Virus record (IMG/VR): IMGVR_UViG_3300031954_000008
Span: 1 to 54,140 of that record
Origin: a virus
Taxonomy: Duplodnaviria > Caudoviricetes
Length of the DNA: 54,140 bases
Reading direction: 5' to 3' (one strand)
Below the pieces are notes generated by a model. The model searched no databases, had not been told where the DNA came from, and saw nothing but the letters and a program-made list of their open reading frames with translations. Within the stretch, counting starts at the first letter, position 1. Each line of letters starts with the position of its first letter. Made by a program: the position numbers and the translations under genes. This document shows, in pieces, positions 9,445 through 17,400 of the stretch.

Positions 9445-10614
9445 ATGGCAGAGAAGTTCCGCATTTGGGGCGGTGCCGGTAACCGTTCCGGCTACATGAC
9501 TGAGGGTGATATCCTCACTCATACCATCGATGGCGTTGACCTCAACCAACTTTGGGGTGAGTTCATTGACGCCAACACGATCTACAACGAGCACAAACAG
9601 GGCATGGTCGGATTGCTCACTTACCCAGTGGTTTCCGACATCGAACTGGTGCCACAGATCGGCGACTTCAACTTTGAAGAGGCGACTGAATTCGGCATCC
9701 CGCGCAAGGCGAACACCAACATCAGCTACTACCAGCTGGCTTACTCCTACAAGGACTGGGACCTTGGAGTTGGCTACACCTGGAAGTTCTTGCGGGATGC
9801 ACCGGCTCAGCAAGTAGAAGCCATTCATACCAAGGCAATTCAGGCAGACCAGGCCTTGGTGTTCCGCAAGGTGATGGAAGCGCTGTTCGATCAGCGTAGC
9901 CGTACCACCATCATCAACGCCATGACGTACAACGTTTACCCGCTCGCCAACGCAGATGGTTGGGTGCCACCGCCCTATAAGGGTGTCACGTTCGACGGTA
10001 CTCACAACCACTACCTCACTTCTGGTGCGGCAGGCATTGATTCAGACGACTTTGAAACCACTGTTGGTACCCTTACCGAACACGGTTATGGGTGGGACAC
10101 TGGTACGCAAATCGTCTGCTTCGCCAACCGCTCTGAGGTAAACCAGATGCGTAAGTGGCGATTTGGGCAGGCCAACGCCAACGGCAAGACGGCCAACTAC
10201 GACTTCGTGCCGGCTCTTGGCCAGCCCGCGTTGCTCGTGCCGAACGCCGAAGGTCTGTTGGGTGGCCAGGCTCCTGCCGTGTGGAACGGCTTGCGGGTCA
10301 GCGGTTCTTACATGGACGTCATCGTCATTGAAGAGCCATTGATGAATCCTGGTTACTGCATGTTCCTTTCAACTGGCGGCGCCAACGTTGACGAGAACAT
10401 CGTTGGTATCCGCGAACATCCGTCACCGGAGTGGCGGGGTTTGAGGTTGCTGCCGGGTAACCAGCAGCGTTACCCGCTCGTTGACGGCTACTACATCCAC
10501 GGTTTCGGCACTGGTATCCGGCGACGGACTGGTGCTGCTATCCTGCAGATCACAGCCAACGCGAGCTACGCGCCACCGGCTTCGTACACGGCTGACTCAA
10601 CGCAAACCCGCTAG
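9445..10614 (+). CDS. Major capsid protein
   Basis: About 389 aa, SD GAAAGGA before ATG 9445; position, size and FEEATEFGIP / GFGTGIRRR motifs resemble actinophage major capsids. Confidence 0.85.
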   Translation: MAEKFRIWGGAGNRSGYMTEGDILTHTIDGVDLNQLWGEFIDANTIYNEHKQGMVGLLTYPVVSDIELVPQIGDFNFEEATEFGIPRKANTNISYYQLAYSYKDWDLGVGYTWKFLRDAPAQQVEAIHTKAIQADQALVFRKVMEALFDQRSRTTIINAMTYNVYPLANADGWVPPPYKGVTFDGTHNHYLTSGAAGIDSDDFETTVGTLTEHGYGWDTGTQIVCFANRSEVNQMRKWRFGQANANGKTANYDFVPALGQPALLVPNAEGLLGGQAPAVWNGLRVSGSYMDVIVIEEPLMNPGYCMFLSTGGANVDENIVGIREHPSPEWRGLRLLPGNQQRYPLVDGYYIHGFGTGIRRRTGAAILQITANASYAPPASYTADSTQTR

Positions 10615-10622
10615 GAGTCAAC

Positions 10623-11012
10623 ATGAGTCGTGAAATCGACTTTGACAAGCCGCTGTCGGATGAGGATAAGCGGTGGCTCCACGAACGATCGCTTGACTAC
10701 CACATTGAGGAGAATGAGCGAAAGTTTGGTCAGGCCAAGGTACATGCCGAAGGGCTGCCTGTGAAGGTTGAGATACCTGGTCTGGAAGTACCGGAGCCAC
10801 CTGCGCAGCCTACTTTTGCGCCTGGGTGGGTGCCTGAGGTAACCCCAAGCGGCACAACGGAAGTGGCCGAAGAAGAAGTTGAAGAAGTTGCTCCTGAAGA
10901 CCTCACCGTTGAGGAATTGAAGGTGGAGCTTCGTGAACGCAATTTGCCTACGGACGGCAACAAGGCAGAGCTAATCAAGCGGCTCAACAAGGCACTGAAG
11001 GACGAAGGTTGA
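10623..11012 (+). CDS. Head-region protein with a C-terminal SAP/HeH DNA-binding motif
   Basis: LTVEELKVELRERNLPTDGNKAELIKRL matches the SAP motif pattern. Confidence 0.75.
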   Translation: MSREIDFDKPLSDEDKRWLHERSLDYHIEENERKFGQAKVHAEGLPVKVEIPGLEVPEPPAQPTFAPGWVPEVTPSGTTEVAEEEVEEVAPEDLTVEELKVELRERNLPTDGNKAELIKRLNKALKDEG

Positions 11013-11015
11013 TCA

Positions 11016-11579
11016 GTGGCGCAAGTTGAGATGAGGCTTGATACGATTCAGCTACAGGCGAATGTAGCTGAGTTGACGCCTAAGATCAACAAAACGCTCA
11101 CTCTCACAACCGACTTCGCTGCTGGCCGTGGTATGGATGTGATGAAGCGTAAAGCCCCATGGACGGATCGTACGGGCAACGCTCGCACGGGATTGGTTGC
11201 GGTAGCTGAACATTCGGGTGCTGCAACCATGACCGGTGGTGCAACTGGCTTCTCACAACACAAGATTACGATGGCTCACGGTGTTGACTACGGCATTTGG
11301 CTGGAGGTAGCCAATCTAGGCAAGTTCCAAATCATCATGCCTGTACTCGTTGCGACTGCGCAGGAATTGATGAAAGCCCTTCAGGACATGTTCAGCAAAT
11401 TCGATGTGCCGCCTGAGCTTAAGGTTGACGTCGATATGCCGGGTGTGGTTCCGAAGGGTACGTCACAGGGAGCCACGCAATACGCAGGGCGCGAAGCTAG
11501 GGCTGGGAAACGCAACACTAAGCAGACCGCTAGGACGGCCAGAACGCAGACTACGAACACGACGCGGAGAACGCCATGA
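11016..11579 (+). CDS. HK97 gp10-like neck/tail completion protein
   Basis: APWTDRTGNAR...YGIWLE motif; position in the head-tail junction. Confidence 0.7.
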   Translation: MAQVEMRLDTIQLQANVAELTPKINKTLTLTTDFAAGRGMDVMKRKAPWTDRTGNARTGLVAVAEHSGAATMTGGATGFSQHKITMAHGVDYGIWLEVANLGKFQIIMPVLVATAQELMKALQDMFSKFDVPPELKVDVDMPGVVPKGTSQGATQYAGREARAGKRNTKQTARTARTQTTNTTRRTP

Positions 11580-11995
11580 GCCGCGCAGCTGTTATGGATG
11601 CAATCCTTGCCGAACCTCGTTTGCAGGCACTAGGTTTCGACAGTAGCAACGTGCTCGCTAACTACGACGGCAATCAGCGGCCAAGCGATAAGATGTTCAT
11701 GGTGTTGCGATGGGAAGCTCATGACATTGATGTACGACTAGGCCGCGGTCCGCACCACCTTGCCATCTGGACCCACATGTACCGTGACTTCTCAACGGAC
11801 TACAACCATTTGGACAACGTGGTTGATATTCTCGATAGTGTCCTTGGCAGCATAGAAGACACTGCCGGCGCTGATGGCTATACGGTTACGCAGATTGACG
11901 CAGAAGGACGTTCGCGTGATCTCAAGGATGATGGCTACCAAACATTTTGCCGCTCAACCAGTTACCGCGTCATAAGCCATCTAACACCAACATAA
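11576..11995 (+). CDS. Tail terminator (putative)
   Basis: 139 aa; ATGA overlap; position upstream of the major tail gene. Confidence 0.6.
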   Translation: MSRAAVMDAILAEPRLQALGFDSSNVLANYDGNQRPSDKMFMVLRWEAHDIDVRLGRGPHHLAIWTHMYRDFSTDYNHLDNVVDILDSVLGSIEDTAGADGYTVTQIDAEGRSRDLKDDGYQTFCRSTSYRVISHLTPT

Positions 11996-12010
11996 GGAAA
12001 GGTTGCTACA

Positions 12011-12373
12011 ATGGCTGAAGCAAAGCCCGCCACCGAAGTTGAACCGGGCACGAATATGCCGGTCAAGCCGCCTGGTGATGTTCGCAGGCGCGCACCGAAG
12101 GCGTTGCCGCAAGGTCCATTCGTCAAGTACGTTGGCGACGCATCGCATCGAATCATCAGGCCGCCCCAGTGGCGAGCGTTGGGCGTACAGACCAAAAAGG
12201 CTGACGCTACCCATGTTTGGAGTGTCGCCAACAACAAGATGATCCCTGTTGCTGAGTTCAGCGACGAGCAGTTGGATTACCTGTTGATTGACGACACCCA
12301 GCCACGCGGCGGCCACAGCTTCCTGGAAGTCGATTACGACAAGGACGGCAACCTCAGGCAGGTGACGAGCTAG
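12011..12373 (+). CDS. Hypothetical structural-region protein
   Basis: 120 aa with good SD (AAGGAAAGG). Confidence 0.65.
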   Translation: MAEAKPATEVEPGTNMPVKPPGDVRRRAPKALPQGPFVKYVGDASHRIIRPPQWRALGVQTKKADATHVWSVANNKMIPVAEFSDEQLDYLLIDDTQPRGGHSFLEVDYDKDGNLRQVTS

Positions 12374-12591
12374 TGTCGCAGCCGGCAATGCAACCAGACG
12401 CAATCGAATTGCGTTGCCCCGGCACGCTTCACGCAATACTGAAAGATGGCCTGATCGAAATCAAATGCAGGCATTGGAGATGCACCCAAGGCAAGGACGT
12501 CAGCGTGTTTCACCTGTACGATCCAGTGACCGGTGACCTAGTTAGAACCAACTATTACAAGGACCCAGTCAAGAGAGGATCAAAAACATGA
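12373..12591 (+). CDS. Small zinc-ribbon protein (Mu Com-like)
   Basis: ELRCP...LH...IEIKCRHWRC pattern; overlaps neighbours at both ends. Confidence 0.55.
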   Translation: MSQPAMQPDAIELRCPGTLHAILKDGLIEIKCRHWRCTQGKDVSVFHLYDPVTGDLVRTNYYKDPVKRGSKT

Positions 12592-13445
12592 CAGGTCTTG
12601 CTGTTCCTGACGCACTACCGTATGGTATTCGTCAGATCGTATTGACGCCGTATCTGGATGCGCAAGGTACGCAGCTGGCCGACGTCAGTTACCCACTGCC
12701 CGTTGCGATGACGCTTGGCTTCTCTGAAACCGAGCAGTACGACGAGCTACGTGGTGATGACATCCTCGTGGCCGTCCACGGTCGTGGGCCGCAGGTGGAC
12801 TGGAGCCTGGAGTCTGGTGGTCTCCCCATCACTCCGTGGTCAATCATCAGCGGCGCCATGGTGATTGAAGAGGGCACAGCGCCAAACCGTGTGACCCGAC
12901 TCCGCAAGTCCGGCAACGACCTTCGCCCATACTTCCGCATTGATGGGCGGGTTATCTCCGACAGCGGTGGTAACATCGTCGCTCGCATCTATCGCTGCAA
13001 GGCAAACGGTCGCCTTCAGGCAGATCAACGCGGTGGCGCGTTCCAGACGAGTCGTATTGACGGCGTTGGACTTCCGATGCAGGGTGATGAAGGCCGCTGG
13101 CTGTACGAGATCATCCGCAATGAGTCGGACTTCCCGTTGTCAATGTCGCCTGAAGGCAACCCGATTCCCATTCCCATGAATTTGTCGCCGCAGGCTGTTA
13201 CTGCTACGACTGTTGATTTGGCTTGGGACGCTGTCGGTGTCGCCGATAGCTATGAAATCAACCAGAGCATCGACAACGGTGTAACGTGGACGCTAGTCAC
13301 CGTGCCAAACGGCGGTAGCCCAACGACCAACATGACGACAGTTACTGCCTTGACGACAGCTACGAACTACCAGTTTGCGGTTGCCGCTGTTGTTGGTTCT
13401 GTCACAGGCGAATTCAGCACTCCGATCAGCGTTTTGACGAAGTAG
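12588..13445 (+). CDS. Major tail protein with a C-terminal fibronectin type III domain
   Basis: LPYG...ELRGDD tube motif; C-terminal TTVDLAW...Y...L...Y.F.VAAV Fn3 pattern. Confidence 0.85.
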   Translation: MTGLAVPDALPYGIRQIVLTPYLDAQGTQLADVSYPLPVAMTLGFSETEQYDELRGDDILVAVHGRGPQVDWSLESGGLPITPWSIISGAMVIEEGTAPNRVTRLRKSGNDLRPYFRIDGRVISDSGGNIVARIYRCKANGRLQADQRGGAFQTSRIDGVGLPMQGDEGRWLYEIIRNESDFPLSMSPEGNPIPIPMNLSPQAVTATTVDLAWDAVGVADSYEINQSIDNGVTWTLVTVPNGGSPTTNMTTVTALTTATNYQFAVAAVVGSVTGEFSTPISVLTK

Positions 13446-13485
13446 TACATCTCAATAACGGCACAACGAGTCCAAGGAGACCAAT

Positions 13486-14136
13486 ATGACCGACATTAGT
13501 GTGGGTAAAGCACAAGAGTACCAGCCCAGGCCCGAAGATGTGCGACCGCCTGATCTTTCAGGCAAGCCGGTGGCGCCTACGTTGCCAACGCCGCCTAGCT
13601 CTGAGCAGATCACGAAGCCTGTAAACCCATACGCGCCAACAGGTTGGCGCCGTAAGCAACGTGTTGAGTTCGATGTCACGTTGCCTAGCGGGCAGACGGC
13701 TCGCATGATGCGGTTTGAGCGAGATGACTTGCTACGCTTGGGTTTAATGGAGTATCTGGATACATTCACACCCATCTTGTTCGACAACACGATTGACGAC
13801 AATCAGCGTGATGAGAAGATTCGTGAGACGCTGAAGGAACATCCCGAAGCGATCAACGACATGTTCGTCGCAATCGACAAAGTCGTGATGGCTGCTACCA
13901 TCCGTCCCAGGGTCACAGATGACCCAGAGCAGACAAACTATGGGACAGAAGAGGATTGGGAGGACCCAGACTTCACAGCAACAGTTCATGTCGATGATAT
14001 CGGTATGGCTGAGCGTATGTACTTGTTCGGCGCTGCCTTTGGGCGGTCGATGGACGAGTTAAAAAGTGTTTGGCAACAAACGGAAAGCTTGGGAGGCTTG
14101 GCAGATGAGCCAAGCCTACAGCCGACCGCCCAGTGA
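13486..14136 (+). CDS. Tail assembly chaperone (G-like)
   Basis: Position between major tail and tape measure; SD AAGGAG. Confidence 0.75.
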   Translation: MTDISVGKAQEYQPRPEDVRPPDLSGKPVAPTLPTPPSSEQITKPVNPYAPTGWRRKQRVEFDVTLPSGQTARMMRFERDDLLRLGLMEYLDTFTPILFDNTIDDNQRDEKIRETLKEHPEAINDMFVAIDKVVMAATIRPRVTDDPEQTNYGTEEDWEDPDFTATVHVDDIGMAERMYLFGAAFGRSMDELKSVWQQTESLGGLADEPSLQPTAQ

Positions 14137-14416
14137 TCTATATGGAGTAGCAGGTGCAGCATCAATTCTGTTTGATAGAGGGATATTTCGCTTTGGTCGC
14201 TATGTAGAAGGTATGATGGAACAGGCCTCTGAAGGTGCCCAAAATGAGGCATTTGCACGTTCCCACCGGCTCCGTGCCTTCGCTGAATGTATGGGCGACG
14301 ATATGACGAAATCCACTGCAGGATATGCTGATCCATTCGTCAGTGGTGGTGGAGGCGTCATTAGGCGTGGCGAAGACAATCCAGACGATGGTGAAATTCT
14401 GGCTAGTGGGTACTGA
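14063..14416 (+). CDS. Tail assembly chaperone second ORF (T-like), probably reached by frameshift
   Basis: Overlaps the end of the previous ORF in its +1 frame and ends at the tape measure start (TGATG). Confidence 0.6.
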   Translation, partial: KVFGNKRKAWEAWQMSQAYSRPPSDLYGVAGAASILFDRGIFRFGRYVEGMMEQASEGAQNEAFARSHRLRAFAECMGDDMTKSTAGYADPFVSGGGGVIRRGEDNPDDGEILASGY

Positions 14417-17400
14417 TGCCTGATTATGATCTTGGTCGTGCACATGGCGAAATCATCATCACCGCCGATACTCGCGGAGCGGATGAAGCTGCTGCTAGTA
14501 TGGCAGCTGTCGATGCTGAAAGTAAAACTCTCAGCGGGCATCTCAGCGAAGTAACCGAAGCTCTCAACAAAACCGAACAGCAGCACGGTCGTGTAGGACA
14601 AGCTGCCTACAAACACAAGACCGCGATCCAAGACCTCAACAAGCAGTACAACCAATTTCACCAAGAGTATCAGCAAGCGGCTCAGCGTAGCACCAAGATT
14701 CATGAAGAGTGGACCAAAGCGTTCACAGACAAGAAGCCGCTCACTGAACTCATGGAGTTTAAGCGGAAATACGCCTTAGCACAGGAAGAAGAAAACAAGC
14801 TACACGAGCGCGCTGTTCAAAGCTATGCTCGTCTCAATCGTGCCGTCGAAGATGCGCGTGCTCATATCCGAAACTTCACACAGGATACTCAGACAGCTTC
14901 TCAGCACTTGAAGAACTTCGCCAATGACTTGGAGAAGATCAACGGTGTTGTCGAACGGGTTGCGCACACGCTGACTAACGTACTCGGTACGGCGCTCAAA
15001 TCCCTTGCTATGGTTGGCGGAGTGGGTGCCGCTGGCGGGTTACTAGGTCTACTCGGCGGTGGCGGCATTCAGACCATAGCGGGCGTTACGGCGGCCATCG
15101 TACAGCTATCCGGCGCTATCGCCTTACTGCCGGCCGCAGCTGGTGCTGGTGGACTTGCTTTGGGTACGTTGGCCGTTGGCATGCATGGTATTATGGATGC
15201 TCTCAAGTCCATGGATGATCCTGCGAAGTTTGCTGTAGCGATACGCCAATTAGCTCCTGCCGCACAGCAAGTCATGATCACTCTCTCGCACTTCACTGAT
15301 TCGTATCGCGGTGCTATGCGAGAAGTTCAGCAATCCTTGTTTGCCCCAATCGTTGACGATATTCGACCGCTCATTCAAACTTGGCTACCGCTGCTGATGC
15401 ATGCCGGTCAGCAGATTGGCGCGGTATTCGGGCAAGCGATGCACCAAATACTACAGTTCATGACGACTAGCGGCACGCTACAAGCCATGAACACCTTTGT
15501 AACCAACATAACTTCGGCGATGCGAGGGCTGTTGCCCGCCATCCAGCCGGTTATGGAAGCGTTCAGGACGCTCGGAGTTGTTGGCTCCCAATTCCTTCCG
15601 CAGATCAGCGCTTCAATCGTCAAGATAGCCAATGAGTTTAATCAATGGATACAGGCCGCGGCGCAGTCCGGCAAGCTACAGCAATGGATACAGAGCGCCA
15701 TTGATGGCTTTGGCCAACTTTTCAGTGCTATCAAGAACTTTGGCGAAGGCATAGCCAATATCTCCAGTATTGCCAGTCAGTTTGGCGGTGGCTTCTTACA
15801 GACGCTCCAGCAGATAGCTGTTGAGTTCAACAAGTGGACGGCAAGCGCAGAAGGCCAGCAGACGCTTACTGAGTTCTTCAAGGCGGCTCACGCTGCGGCC
15901 GTAGCACTTACGCCAGTACTTCACACAGTCGCTACTGCTCTCGGTCAGCTATTTACGAACCTGATGAACCTTGGCGCCAGCATGGGGCCTGGCATCAATT
16001 CGTTCTTCCAAAGTCTAGGTCAAGCACTAAACGTGTTGGGGCAGGCCTTGATTGCGTCTGGGCCGGCACTCGGTGAGATACTGACAACGCTAGGGCAAGC
16101 GTTAGTTACAATCGTACAATCTGTGGGGCCAGCGCTACCAACTCTGTTCAGAGACTTCGCCCAAATCCTGAAAGACCTTGCGCCGACACTAAAGACAGTC
16201 GCAGAGGCCATTGGTACATTCCTAAGTCATTTGACGCCAACGGAATTGAAGTGGATACTCGGTATTACCGTTGCGTTGGTAGCTCTGGGCAACATACTAG
16301 GCACGCTGGCTAGCGGCATCGGCATAGTTACGACAATTCTAGGTGGCCTAACGGCGGCAGCGGCTGCGCTCGACATTGCTTTAGGCCCGCTGATTTTGAT
16401 CATTCTCGCAGTTGTTGCTGTACTTGTTGTTCTCGGCGTTGTCATCTACGAAGTCGTAACCCATTGGGACACAATCAAACGTGTGATGGGCGAGGTCTGG
16501 GAGACCATGAAGCAGTGGGCTTCGTGGCTTGGCAATGAGTTTGTCCAGATATGGGATACTGTTGTAAACGCAGTCAAAGCAGCATGGGACGCAATCGTCA
16601 GATTCTTCGGCGGTATTGGCGATGCGTTCACAGGCGCATGGAATACGGTGAAAGAAGCCGTATCTCATTGGTGGGATGAGGCTTTCGACTGGGGTAAGCA
16701 TCTCGTCCAGAGCATCATCGACGGCATACGTTCCATGTTCGGCAGTATGCGCGATGCCGTTTATGACTTGTTCGGTATAGCGCGAGATCATGGCAAGACC
16801 AGTTCGCCTGCGAAACTTGGTCCACTGCATGATGATTCACCAGACTCCATGGGTGCGGCGTTCGCTACCAACTACGCCAGAGGCATAACGGAAGGTACGC
16901 CAGCAGTTACAGACGCAGCGTCGGGCATGGCAGGGGCAGCTGCTAGCGGCGCTCAAGGCGGCACAACGACATCTGGTGGAGTATCAAATACCGGAATGGG
17001 TTTCAGCAGCGCTGGTGGTACAGGTACGTCGGGCGGGCAGGTCCAAGGCACTTCCGGCTTCGATCAATGGATCACTTGGCTGACGACCGATATGGAGGCT
17101 TGGAAGAACATCTTCCAGCATGCTTTCAACCTTGCCTTGCATATCGGCAACATCATGATGGATGGCGCGAAAATTGTTGCGTCGCTGTGGAATCGCGGCG
17201 ACAATCCAATGACGCGGCCTGGTGGCTTCTTCGGTAGGCCACTAACTCCGCAAGAGCAAGTCTATGGCGTTCCACAGGTACAAGAGCCAGGTCATGCGCC
17301 ACTTCCATGGGGAGAGAAGCTACCTGGTGGTCCAGGTGCCGGCCCACAAGAGCAAGCAGGCGACGTTCCGCAGGTTGGTCCGCAAGGTCAAAACGTAGCT

